NCBI RefSeq assembly: GCF_006345805.1
Contig: NC_043006.1
Span: 96,720,001 to 96,784,000, forward strand
DNA length: 64,000 bases
Direction of reading: 5' to 3'
Origin: Octopus sinensis
Lineage: Eukaryota
The notes under the pieces are model-generated. The model was given only the letters and a program-made list of their open reading frames with translations, had not been told where the DNA came from and ran no database searches. The stretch's first letter is position 1. Each line of letters opens with the position of its first letter. Made by a program: the position numbers and the translations under genes. Shown here one piece after another: positions 26,032-39,401 of the stretch.

Positions 26032-26900
26032 ATTGATGGAAAAACTGAGAAGGACGGAGTTGGGCAAAGAGAGAGAGGGAGAGAGAGAGAAAAAGTGCGA
26101 ATGATAATGTGAGCATTGTTGAGGGGAAAGACAATTTCGAAATGTAACTTGAAATGATTAAATCGTTAGTCAACAGTTTCCCTTGCAAGGCACAGATCGC
26201 CATCAAACTGAACTCTAGGAGAAGAGTTTTTTGCGAAAGAGTGAAAATTACGCAGAACCTCATCAATAATGGATACGTCTACAGAGACGAAAGAGCATAT
26301 TAAAAAGCAATACATGGGAAATATCAACAGTAAACAGAAACAAGCATGAAATAACACATTGAAAATCCATTAGAAGACTAAAAGAAGATTACACATTTAA
26401 AAACCGATGAAAGAATGTTTTTTTAAAGGAGATTATTTAAAACATCAAATGACTTAGCGCTGATAGTTATCTTAAAATCATGTTAGATTGATAAAATAGA
26501 AAACAATGCTGAGTTGGCTTCTAAAAATAAGAAAATTAAATGGTGGTGAGAGGAAGGAGACTGCGATAAATTTGACTAGCTTAATTTTCAAGTTCCCTTT
26601 CACATGTAACAATTACGCACTTCGTGACTTCTTCAGCGGATGTTTGATAATGTGTTAAAATGGAGGAAATTGAAGTAAAAAATTTTGAAGACTATATATA
26701 AAAATTATGTGTACATGGAGCTTGAATGGAAAATCTTAAAGAAATTTAAGATGAAGAACTAGATTTGTGTAAAATAATTATTTAACGATAGCGATGATGT
26801 ACCAAAATGTTTTTAAAAATATTCTTTTATTTTCTTCTGAACGCATAACGAAGGATGTTAAAAAAAATGATCGTGGGAAGAAAGACTTCAATGTGTGTGT

Positions 26901-26966
<66 letters not shown>

Positions 26967-27055
26967 GTGTGTGTGTGCCTGCGTGTGTTAAATAAAATGA
27001 GACAACAAAGCCAAGGCTGTGTGGAATTTTCAGGACATTTATAAAGAGAAAGTCA

Positions 27056-27103
27056 GTCTTACAGCTGTTTCTGTGATATTAAGGATATCCTTTCATCAGA
27101 GAC
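27056..27103 (-). ncRNA. Hammerhead-like motif with canonical core but poorly closed helix II
   Basis: GUCU-CUGAUGA-aagGAUAUccuuaAUAUCaca-GAAACAGCUGU-A|AGAC. Helix I has 4 bp; helix III is the perfect palindrome ACAGCUGU. Confidence 0.45.
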
Positions 27104-28324
27104 GACGTGAGATGTTTAAACAGAGGGAAATATTAGAGTTCAATATAAGGAGTTATTTTGGAAACAGTGAGGTCGATTTGTTCAATGAAAAGCCTTCAAG
27201 GTCATGACCCAGCGTGACCGCATCTAATGACTAACAAATAACAAAAAAATACAAGAATTTCAGAAATGATACATCAGACAAAGACATCATTACAAACATG
27301 GTGATAAAAGATAATATATCAACACCAAATATCTTGTCTCATGCCAGTGGTAGAAACTAATATATTATTGCTATTTTGATTATGAATCACGGAATTATAA
27401 TAGGTAATGTTGACCGTGATGTGATTCGAAATCATAATGCAGAGGCACGAAGCTCATTCTTGAATTCTTATTCGTCCGATACGCAACCGTCTCTGCTAGT
27501 CCATGAAACCACGTGTAAGGCGAGATGCTTCCACATAATGAAATGCCAATCATTATAGATTCTCGACAAGATCTTTTATCAAAGTACTTCCGCTTTACAG
27601 AGTGTCAGGTAGAGAGGAAATAACAACAACAACAATAATAATAATAATAATAATAAAATTAATAACGAACATAAAAAATATATATATAAACACACAAATA
27701 TGTCTACATATGTAGACAGACATAGAGACCTATATATATATATATATATAGATAGATAGATATACACACACACATATGTATATGTATATGTATGTATGTA
27801 TATGTATATATATGAACGGGCAGACTGGCACAAACCTACACAGACAACGACACATGCACATACGTTTATTGATATATATTATATATGTGTATATATGTAT
27901 ATATGTATGTATACAAACACACACACACACACACACACACATAAATCCATGTAATTGAAGTCATTTGATTTCCGTTTGGTGTTATCTGGCGGTAGTGGCT
28001 GTAGTATGTAGGTATCGGTGGAGGTGGTAGTAGAGATGGTAGTGGTGGTGCCGGTTGTGGTATTGGCGACAAGTGTTGTCGTTGTTTAACCCCCACACTT
28101 CAGGTCTATATATTAGCTGACCTATAATTTCTTCCATTCCAGATTGTTTATTTGCGATTACAAAGAAATTTGGCAACTCCTCGGCGGCGTGTACGGAGCT
28201 TGTAATATGAAAGTCGTATATTTTGTTGTTGTTTTTTTGTAACAGGCTGAGTCTGGAGCAGAACTCAATACACATAAGGTTAAGAACGAAACGTTAGTCG
28301 AGTACAGACCAGTAATAAGATGGA

Positions 28325-28704
28325 TGGAAGCACTCCGTCGGTTACGACGACGAGGGTTCCGGTTGATCCGGTTGATCAACGGAACAGCCTGCTCGTGAAA
28401 TTAACGTGTAAGTGGCTGAGCACTTCACAGACACGTGTACCCTTAACGTAGTTCTCGGGGATATTCAGCGTGACACAGAGAGTGACAAGGCCGGTTCATT
28501 GAAATACAGGTACAACAGAAACAGGAAGTAAGAGAAAGTTGTGGTGAAAGAGTAAAGCAGGGATTACCACCATCCCCTGCCGGAGCCTCGTGGAGCTTTA
28601 GGTGTTTTCGCTCAATAAACACTCACAACGCTTGGTCTGGGAATCGAAACCGCGATCCTATGACCACGAATCCGCTGCCCTAACCACTAGGCCATTGCAC
28701 CTCC
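28325..28704 (-). mobile_element. SINE family C, full length
   Basis: Reverse complement closely matches 31527-31909. Confidence 0.9.
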
Positions 28705-29171
28705 ACAGTAATAAGATAATGAAATGGCAAAGCAATAAACGATTATCTTATGAACTCCATTGACTTACAGTTGTTTTCTGCCTCGATTATGAAGAGGTTT
28801 TGATGAAGCAAATGAGACATTCAACTATGAATTCACTGTGTCTTACATGGAGATCATAAGGTAACCGTTTATTCTTTTGTGATCTCGTTATTTTTACGTG
28901 TATATATATACATATTAGAAGAAATGACGTACTCAGGAACTCGGATGGTTTTATATTTACAGATATTTATTTATATATTACATGTTTTTATACATCATAT
29001 AACTTATATCATATATGAGCGCTTTCGTCCATTCTGGTGGAGTTTTCAAATTGAATTAAGTTCTTGTGGAAAAATTTTGAACATTTTATAGTATTATTGA
29101 GTGTGTAGTGGTGGGGAGGGATATAAGATAGTACAAGAGGGTGATGAATGGGGAGAAAGTGAGAGAGAGAG

Positions 29172-29205
<34 letters not shown>

Positions 29206-29603
29206 TATCTGAAAGTTCTGTTCAAGAAAAAGAAGGAGTGTTAAAGAAAAAGAAAAAGAATGATAAATTCAAAGATTTGTCCTTCAATGTATGATGAGCA
29301 AAATTTCATAAGGTCCATACTTGAAAAAGACTTTCTTGTGTTGAAGTTACAGATGACAGAATTCAAACTGACAACCACTGAGTCTGTTATATATATACAT
29401 ATTGTGGGTGTACAAGTTATGGGTGGTTCTTCCCGACCACATGGTTTCTGGTTCTGTCCACTGCGTTGCACATTCACAATGGGCGTTCAGCCCGAAACCT
29501 ACCGAAATCCTCGTATGGATTTGTAGACAGAAACTGAAAGAAACCTGTCATGTGTGTGTGTATAGATACATGCATACATGCATACACACATACATACATA
29601 TAC

Positions 29604-29994
29604 GACGCAGGAGTGGCTCTGTGGTAAGTAGCTTGTTTAAAACCACATGGTTCCGGGTTCAGTCCCACTGCGTGGCACATTGGGCAAGTGTCTTCGGGCC
29701 GACCAAAGCCTTGTGAGTGGATTTGGTAGACGGAAACTGAAAGAAGCTCGTCGTATATATATATATATATATGCGTGTGTGTGTTTGTGTGTCTGTATTT
29801 GTCCCCCTAGCATTGCTTGACAACCGATGCTGGTGTGTTTATGTCCCCGTTACTTAGCGGTTCGGCAAAAGAGACCGATAGAATAAGTACTGGGCTTACA
29901 AAAGAATAAGTCCCGGGGTCGAGTTACTCGATTAAAGGCGGTGCTCCAGCATGGCCGCAGTCAAATGACTGAAACAAGTAAAAGAGTAAAGAGT
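29604..29994 (+). mobile_element. SINE family A, near full length; a partial copy lies just upstream at 29410-29550
   Basis: Head gcaggagtggctctgtggtaagtagcttg, B-box ggttcagtcc, tail gactgaaacaagtaaaagag. Confidence 0.9.
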
Positions 29995-31526
29995 ATGCAT
30001 ATGTATATATGTGTGTGTATGCATGTATGTATACGCTTCAAAACGCACTCCTCCCGCATTGCTACCAAGCGATAGTTCTTTCTTCCTTGAAATCAGGGTT
30101 GTTATCAACAAATTAGCAATCGTAAGGGTACCATGATGGAGAGGAGCTAGTGAGAAGGTAAAACCAAGGAGATAAAAAGAATAGACGATGCACATAATGA
30201 AAGTATGGCAGTGCTGATTGTGCCAGGCTCTGAAGAAGGGAAGAAACAAATAATAAAAGAATGAAAGAAAGAACGAAGGAAAGGAAGAATGTAAATAGCC
30301 ATAAAGAACAGCAACAAAACCAACAACAGCAACAATAAAAACAGTATCAGTTTTGACCGCTATCGATAGTCAAGTCATTAAATGTTGATTTCGAAGCTTA
30401 GATAACGTGGGAAATACACGAAGACAATAAAGTGAAATTGTGAAGAAAATCAGAGATGGCAGCCATCTTGTTTTGCTGATCTTAGCTAAAGAAAAGAGAG
30501 AAAATTCCAGAAACATATTGATTGCTTCCATAGGATACTCCACTTTTAAAATCGAGTATAGTATGTAAATTAATCTGGAGGAAAAAATATTTCCTATTCA
30601 TTTTATTTTTCTTATATAACCCATTTAATCCTTCGGTTACGATGGAAGAGTAAGGGCTTCATAGTTATATAGAATAAGTTATCTTAGAGCGGCATCTCTC
30701 TAATTTGGACTTGCTTACTTCCAGGTGAGCATTGATTCAACAGAATCGCATTTCAACCTTGATGATATCACCTTCTTTTGCTTTTTACGAACATTCGATA
30801 CATACATACACACATACGTACGTACAAAGATACCTATGTATGTATGTATGTATGTATGTATGTATGCATGTATGTATGTATGTATGTATGTATGTAGGTA
30901 TGTATGTTTGTATGCATGTATGTATGTATGTAGGTAGGTAGGTAGGTAGGTTTATATATATGTGTGTGTGTGTGTGCGTGCGTAGACGCAGTTGTAAAAT
31001 AAGTAGTGTATCAAGTTCTAGAGCTCAAAGGAACGGCTATCCCGTTTCCAAGGTGTGTAAGCAACGAAGACCATAACATTCCTATTGAACGAAATCCTGG
31101 TCCGTCGTGAGGTTACTCCTTTATAGCTGAGTGAGCTGGAACAGCAGGAATTGAAATGTTTTGCGTACATACGCAATGCATAACCCGGTCAAAATCGAAA
31201 CCATAATCTTGCAATTGCAAGTACAACGTCTTAACCACAAGGCCAAGCGCATTTACCTTCTCGATAAAACAGCTGTAGCGAGGTGGAACAGATAAGAATT
31301 GTTGATAGGGAACGAGTTATCATCAATTTGAGTTTCGTGTAAGTGGTTGCCCTAAACTCCAGCCTCTTCTTATGGCTCCTTAGAAAACAAAGGACAAGCT
31401 TCTATTCCAACGAGTTGTCGCTTTAATCACTACATGAAAGCTAAGCTGCCTTTCGTATTCCAAAGAAAATGATTGGTTACGCAGTGTTACACTCCGCATA
31501 TACTACTACTACTACTACTACTACAG

Positions 31527-31909
31527 GGAAGCGCAATGGCCCAGTGGTTAGGACAGCAGACTCGCGGTCGTAGGATCGCGGTTTCGATTCCCAGACCGGG
31601 CGTTGTGAGTGCTTATTGAGCGAAAACACCTAAAACTCCACGAGGCTCCGGCAGGGATGGTGGTGATCCCTGCTGTACTCTTTCACCACAACTTTCTCTC
31701 ACTCTTACTTCCTGTTTCTGTTGTACCTGTATTTCAAAGGGCCGGCCTTGTCACTCTCTGTGTCACGCTGAATATCCCCGAGAACTACTACGTTAAGGGT
31801 ACACGTGTCTGTGGAGTGCTCAGCCACTTACACGTTAATTTCACGAGCAGGCTGTTCTGTTGTTCGGATCAACTGGAACTCTCGTCGTCGTAACCGATGG
31901 AGTGCTTCC
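31527..31909 (+). mobile_element. SINE family C, full length, inserted within (CTA)n
   Basis: A-box tggcccagtgg, B-box ggtttcgattccc, ends gatggagtgcttcca; (CTA)n on both sides. Confidence 0.9.
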
Positions 31910-31912
31910 ATA

Positions 31913-31954
<42 letters not shown>

Positions 31955-32584
31955 AGCACAAAACCAAAATTACTTACAGTCAGTAGTTGTCGAATGTTTC
32001 TGTTCACGGATCATCAACAGTTACTATGTTTCTTTCACATTATATGGTAGTTATTTATGATACATATAATGAAACTAAATGCTTATAATATATGAGCAAA
32101 CTGATTTGTGGTCACGTGGTTTTAATAGATAGCGACTAATGGACACATATAACCCACATTTGTATGTAGCATACAGTATATAAAGAAAAGTGGACGTGTG
32201 TAATGCTGCCATTTTAGATATGATTATATAAGCCAGTGATTATGATTAAGCCATATAGCTTCAGTAGTTATGATAATACAAACAAAAATGAACAGTATAT
32301 AGCAAAGCAGATCATTTTGTGGTTTTAATATAATGAGGAAAAACTTAAGTGCTTATAATACAAGCATATTAATTTGCGTTTATAGTATGTCAACTAAATG
32401 TATATATTTTTAGCATAGCCAATCGTTTGTGGTGTTAATATTAAAGAAAGAAAATGGGTTTCCTGGCCAAGTGGTACCTGGTTTAATTCCACCGCATGGT
32501 ACTCTGGCCAAACGTCTTCTTCTATAGCCTCAGGCCGACCAAAGCCTTGGGAGTGGATTTGGTAGACAGAAGCTGAAAGAAGGC

Positions 32585-32630
<46 letters not shown>

Positions 32631-32721
32631 AAACGCACACACACACACACATGTAGACACACCACTTGAAAAAGCACACTTCAACTGCTACACACAATAC
32701 ACATCAGAGTCACTGGCCCCT

Positions 32722-32762
<41 letters not shown>

Positions 32763-32869
32763 AGTCTCTCATGCACAGACACGCATATTCATTTGCGATC
32801 ACCAGTATATTAATACCTACCTATCTTTCAACTCCTTCTTTCAAACACTTTTTCTAATCATTCGCCACA

Positions 32870-33010
32870 CTTGACCGTTAAATCTACAAGTTTTCTTTTC
32901 ATTCTCTCTCTGCTTATTTTCTCTTATTCCTTTCTGCGGAAGAGCGTGGGTTCGAAACGTAAAAGGCGCTTTCATTTTCCTGAGCGTCAAACTAATATAC
33001 CTGCTTGTGT
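32870..33010 (+). mobile_element. Short PLE-type repeat (family H1) with variant hammerhead motif
   Basis: ccttt-CTGCGGA-a-gagc-gtgg-gttc-GAAACGT-A|aaagg; homologous to 36440-36620, 48884-49066 and 51325-51490. Confidence 0.65.
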
Positions 33011-33064
33011 ATACTATACTATACTATGATATAATATAATATAATATGATATAAATTATGTTAT

Positions 33065-33211
33065 AATGTGATAAGAAGCTTCTCAAACACATGGTTCCAC
33101 GTTTAGTGCCACTAGGCGACACGTTGAGTAAGTGTCTCGTACTATGGACTCAAGTCGACCGAAGCCTTGTGAGTGGATTTGGTATACAAAAACTACTGAA
33201 ACGAGCACGTC

Positions 33212-33248
<37 letters not shown>

Positions 33249-33491
33249 TGATTGATTGATTGATTCTAGTTTCAGCTCATGAGCTGTGGCCATGCTGGGG
33301 CACCGCCATTTATATATATATATATACAAATATATATATTTTTATGTATTATGTATTTATATATATATATTATATTCATAGAGGAAGAGAGAGAGAGATT
33401 GATTGATAGACAGATATACAGACATAGATATATATGTACACACACATATATATATACATATATACATTTATATATATACATATATATATAC

Positions 33492-33522
<31 letters not shown>

Positions 33523-33740
33523 CGTCTTTATGTATGTGTGTGTTTGTGTTTCTCCTCCCATCACCGCTTGACGACCGCTGTTGGTGTGTTTGCATCCCCG
33601 TAACTTAACGGTTCAGCAGAAGAAGCTGATACAATAAGTACTAAGACTTAAAAATGAGTCTTGGGGTCAATTTGTTCGCCTAAAATCCTCCAAGCGCTAC
33701 TCTAGCAGGGCTGCAGTCAAATTACTGAAACATATAAAAG
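33065..33740 (+). mobile_element. Diverged SINE family A split by microsatellites and an inverted family A tail (33268-33308)
   Basis: Head and body at 33065-33212, tail at 33530-33740. Confidence 0.7.
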
Positions 33741-34196
33741 AATATTACAATAAAAAAGCAATATAATATATAATGTAATGCGATCTATTATATACATACA
33801 TACATACACATATATATATATATATATAAATATACACATACACACGAAAGCGCGCTTACACGCACACAAACACGCGCGCGCGCACATAGACACAGACACA
33901 TATGCACACAAACATATATATGTATATATATATATCTGTATGTCACTTGCTTGCAGACTATTTATGTGTATCAAAAATATTAGGGTCACAATTTGGTAAC
34001 AGATTGCATGTCAGTTAAATCAAGCAGTCAAGTCAATTACATCCGTTTACATATTATCAATTGTCTGCCAACGAGTTGATAGCTCACCCGGGAATACAGA
34101 GGATGCGTGTTCAATTTATATTGGAGTCAGTGAAGCTATTAAATGTTAACTTCTCGTCGTCTGTATATGTATGTGTATATGTGTGTGTTTGCCTCT

Positions 34197-34228
<32 letters not shown>

Positions 34229-34472
34229 TTGTGTGAGGATTTCCTTCTTGTATGTATATCTATATATATCCGCTTATAAAATGATGCTTCAGTTTTGATA
34301 TCGTTGTGTATGTATACATATATGTATGTCTGTATGTATATATGTATGTATGTATGTGTGTATGTATGTATGTATGTATGTATGTCTTTATTCAGTTTAT
34401 TTCAAGATTTCTTGCCAAGACAGAAAGAAGTGGTTTCACCATGAACAACAGGGTATTTCTGTCTGTCTGTCA

Positions 34473-34522
<50 letters not shown>

Positions 34523-34570
34523 ATGTATGTATGTATGTATGTATGTATGTATGTATGTATGTATGTATGT

Positions 34571-35990
34571 GCTGATTTGTAATGTTTTATGCATATAGTT
34601 GTATATCTAGACATGCTCAAATATGTTTAAAGGATAAACTTCTGGAAAGTTTTACAGATTTTTACAGTTCCAGGGATGGAGTGGATCTGTAGTCTTCGAT
34701 TTAATCTTCTCCTTTTTGGTTTTGAGAAGCCTAATTTCTTAAGATTGGTATTTAGGAAGTGGGTAACACATCCAAGGGCCCCAATAACTACATGTATAAA
34801 CCTGAACTTGTAATCTGGGTACAGTAACTGTAGATTTCGCAATAGTTCAGCATAGATATTCTCTTTTTTACTGATCTTCAACTTTATGTTAACATCCGCT
34901 GGGAAGCTAATTTCCACAACTGAGCACAGTTTCTATTCTCTAATCCAAATCATTTTATCAGGTTTGTTGTGCTTACATTTTATTGAGGTCTTCACTGGAA
35001 CATTCCACCCGTATTCTTTTTTATTAGGAGTGGCTATGGCTTCTACCATATTGTAGGTTCTTGTTTCTTAGTCCTCGTGATTATCCTTCTGACAGATTTC
35101 CTTATAGAGTGACCTGGCTACAACATCATGTCTCATCGGTAGATAATACCGTAATGACATTTTCGGACAACTGCTTATGATGTGGCTGATATCTTCAGTC
35201 TGCGTCGGTTGGCACACTTCACGGTTTTACCTGCATCTCTATCCCTTTTGTGCATCAGGTACTTGGTTGATATTGCCTGTTCCTGGATTGCAAACGCATA
35301 CCCTTCAAAGTCCATGATAAAATGCTTTGAGGATCGATGTTACTACCATCACGGAGCTTTCTAGTAACATATCCATGCATAGTCTTCTGCTCATATAGGC
35401 ATAGGATCATCCTTTTATCTGATGACACGTTGCGGTAGAGTCGTGTTGCTTCTTTGGGCAAGTATTCTAGGTTATCAGACAAAGTGTGTTGCTCAAGGAG
35501 CTACCTTCCAAGTCTTATGATGTTATCAGCATCATGTATGCAAACTTGGTCAAAGGACGAGCTTCGACACTTGGTGGTTAAATGATGTTGCCGAAGGTAT
35601 ATGATGCGACATTCAAAGACGTTTTGGATCGATGTTAAGCCTCTTCCGCCTTGATGTCACTTTAGGTTGGGGCGGTCTACAATACTGTTTATGTGGAAAT
35701 TATGTGTGCTTGTTATTATTTTTCGGGTTTTCACCTCAATGGCTGAGATCTCGTCAAGCGTCCAATCAAGCAGCCCAAATGTTGGTAAGAGTACCGGAAC
35801 TGCAAACACATTGTGGGCCACTGTTTTATTGAATGCAGAGAGTTCTGAGATCCAGATTTTCTTTATTAGGCTGTAATATTCTTTAGTGACACGTGTTTTG
35901 TTACAGGTGACACTGTAAGATATATTTTCATCCACCCCGAGATACCTGTAACATTCCTCGTCAGCTACAGGGGAAACTGTCAAAATCATT
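34571..35990 (-). mobile_element. 5'-truncated, degenerate R4-clade RLE non-LTR retrotransposon flanked by (TACA)n
   Basis: Minus strand shows the RT end YRYLGVDENISY, thumb KKIWISELSAFNK..HNVFAVPVL..TFG.LDWT, GGRGL, EGYAFAIQEQAISTKYL, knuckle remnant EDISHIISSCPKM...RHDVV and RLE end EISFPAD.N..K...Y..L...VVIGALG. Stops and frameshifts are present. Confidence 0.9.
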
Positions 35991-36369
35991 ATGTATGTAT
36001 GTATGTATGTATGTATGTATGTATGTATGTATGTGTGAGTGTACATATGTGTGTGTGTGTATGCAGAGAGAGGTAGGGAGAAAATGAGGAGATATAGTGA
36101 GTGTAGTATCTATCAATCACTCATTATATATATATATATATATAGATATATAGATATATAGTAGACTTTTAAGTTACAGGGAGCGAGGCTGTGTCTTAAA
36201 AGAAACCAACGAGGAGTGTCGCGATATAGTCTCTTGAACTGCTAGAAACAACACCCATATATCTCTCAAATCACTACTATCATTTGATGGAGTGAAGGAT
36301 TGAATGGCCCGTGGCGTTTTGTTGTTAGTGAAACTGAAAAAGACTGAATAGCCTTGAGTAGAATACTTT

Positions 36370-36439
<70 letters not shown>

Positions 36440-36620
36440 GGGAGAATTTACAAAAAAAAAAAAAGACGAAGGTGTAGACAACAAACAGCTGTATTAGTTT
36501 AATGCACGGGAAGTGAAAAAGATTGTAACGTTTCGAGCCTACGCTCTTCCACAGAAAGGAACACAGAAAGAAACAAGGAGAGAAAATAAAAAATGTGTAG
36601 TGGCTAGCGATCTATCATGG
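36440..36620 (-). mobile_element. Family H1 repeat with variant hammerhead motif (36523-36559)
   Basis: Minus strand reads ccttt-CTGTGGA-a-gagc-gtag-gctc-GAAACGT-T. Confidence 0.65.
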
Positions 36621-37568
36621 CGAATATCCGAGTATTTATTTAACAAATCCCATTTCCTTAGTCAAGTTATGTGAATCTGTTGCGCGACACACCTCCATAT
36701 TTTTAGTATATAAGTTTATCAGAAAGTAACTCAAGAGAATCTCTACTTCTTTTCCCTCCCTGCTAGAAACAGCAATCTATACTTTCTCGGATTACATCAT
36801 AGCATATTGAAGATGGTGTATTGGTAGACTCTTAGACTGTTGGATAAAAGAATCTTTCAATATTTTACAACATAGCATACTCCGGTCTTCAAGTTCCTTG
36901 GATGAACAAATAGTACCAGTAAACTAGTGGGAACGATTTAATATTAATATGAAAAATCTCGGATATGAATGGAATTACATTTGAAAACGAACTCGACATA
37001 AAGTGATAACTCTTCAGATATTGTTGTTCTAAATACCTTTTAGAAGAGAGGATGGTAACGGTTAAATGGTTTGTTTTATCGTACTGATACTAAACGATAA
37101 TGGCAATGATAATTCTATGATAATCTTCCAAATCTCGGCCGCAACTCAGAACAAAATTCTCATATCACACCAAAACCTCATAAATATCTTTACTTTTCAC
37201 CGTTTACTTGTTATAGTCATTAAACTTCAGCCATACTGGGGTACCGCCTTGGAAAGTTTTAATGAAACAAATCGACCCCATGACTTATATTTGAAGCCTA
37301 GTATTTATTCTATCCGCCCATTCTGCCGGCCCGCTTAAGATATCGGAACGTAGACACACCAACACCGGTTATCAAGCGGTGGTTGGGGGCAAACAGACAC
37401 ATAGATACACAAATATAGATATATACAAATAGAATTATATAAATAGGAATATACAAGTATAAATATAACGGGGGGGGGGCTCCTTATACATACATACATG
37501 CATTCACACACATATATATATATATATTTATATTTATATATATACACACACATATATACACACACACA

Positions 37569-37600
<32 letters not shown>

Positions 37601-37606
<6 letters not shown>

Positions 37607-38053
37607 ATAGTAGTTAGATATAAATTTGCAAATATATTTTTATGTGCTATATCTATGTAGGAATTTGTGCATATGTTATGTGCACAAACATACACACACA
37701 TATGTATATATGCATATAAGTGTGTGAGAAAGAGATTGTGTGTGTATGTGTATTTGTTTATAAATATATATATATACATATATATACATACATAGACATA
37801 TATGTACATATTTGGTGTGTGTGATATATATATATATATATATATTATAGGATAGTAGTTAGATATAAATTTGCAAATATATTTTTATGTGCTATATCTA
37901 TGTAGGAATTTGTGCATATGTTATGTGCACAAACATACACACATATGTATATATGCATATAAGTGTGAGAAAGAGATTGTGTGTGTATGTGTGTATTTGT
38001 TTATAAATATATATATACATATATATACATACATAGACATATATGTACATATT

Positions 38054-38098
<45 letters not shown>
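37601..38098. repeat. Near-identical direct tandem duplication, period about 245 bp
   Basis: tataggatagtagttagatataaatttgcaaat... begins at 37601 and at 37846. Confidence 0.9.
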
Positions 38099-38102
<4 letters not shown>

Positions 38103-39364
38103 GAAGAGTGAGTCAGAGAGAGGAGAGAGAGAGCGTGAGAGCGAGCGGGAGGAGAGAGGTTGACAGAGGGTAGAACAGAGACATATAAATACACACACGC
38201 ATCCGCGTATATATACGAATAGTAATAAACGTGCATACACGCGTAGACGTATAAATATACATACATGTATAGGCACATACACATATATGGCTCTGCGGGC
38301 ACTCCTGCGCGTATGAGAGTTTGCACGCGTGTATATGTATGTATGTGTGTGTATGTGTGCGTGCGTGCATGCGTGTGTATGTGGGGGGATTAACTTTCCT
38401 CATAACTAACTGCCTCTCCTTCCGCCAATGTCGGATCGCTTACAGCGACCCCTATGAGCAATCAAATGACGCTAAGGGTATCAAAGTTGACAGCAACTTA
38501 ATGGCAAAGTTAGTTTTCATGTTTGTCTAGGATTTAGAGTTATTGTAAAGCTATCGCTGCCCACTAGGAGGCCCAAACCGTCTAACAACCAACAGCACAG
38601 CTGCCATCCTGTAGGCACCGGAAGTGAAGAGTTTCACTTCGAGGCTGTTGGATTACCTTACTTTGTTTTTATCATGTTTTATAGACAAACGCTCCATCAC
38701 GGAATTATCACGAAAATTGTATTGTTAAACACATAGTCACACATGCGCAGACACTCACATTTCTTATTAATTCATACGTCTGTGTGTACATGTGTGTTGT
38801 TGTTACTATCGTTGTTTGTTTAGCTCCATGGCAGCCCTGGTCTGGCAAACCTATGGTCAAAAGCGTTCCAGATATCACCATCCGTCCTACTTTCGATTTT
38901 TTATTACAGTATGGCTTGTGAGAGATTTGGCTACAGTTTCTCGGAGTTTGCTGTCGTGTAATCCTAAATCTACCCTGATTTATCAGACCAAAGGACAAAT
39001 AAAATTCAATCGTGGCCATGATATCTTTTTTGGTTTTTCAGACTCATCCATTCTGTTTAAGAGCTTATTTGTATGACTCCTGGCAAATAATCTACGATCA
39101 AAGGCAATCTAGACATGACCATCTTGACTTTAATTAAAAAGATATTATCTAATTTGTTCTTTTATTGAAGGCAACATAATAATTTGAAGTAGACTTAGTT
39201 GCTAGGTTTAGCAGGTCAAACGACGACGTAGAGACTCTGTCACTGTCTTATAGCGTACTCGTTGCCTCCAAGTCTACGCATGCCTGTGTCACCGCTTTGC
39301 GGATTCCGTTGTTTATCTTCCGTTGAGCTTTAAGTGAATGCTTGCATGTGCGCGTGCATACGAG

Positions 39365-39401
<37 letters not shown>

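Noticed and set aside
28771-28860. 90-nt segment with good splice signals and a kinesin-like FTVSYMEI motif
   Set aside because: All three frames contain stops, the motif lacks the following YNE, and it would need an assumed frameshift error.
38400-38730. Promoter-like cluster (CCAAT, CCGGAAGTG) and a 66-codon Met-less frame
   Set aside because: Short motifs only, no recognisable product; it cannot be supported without expression data.
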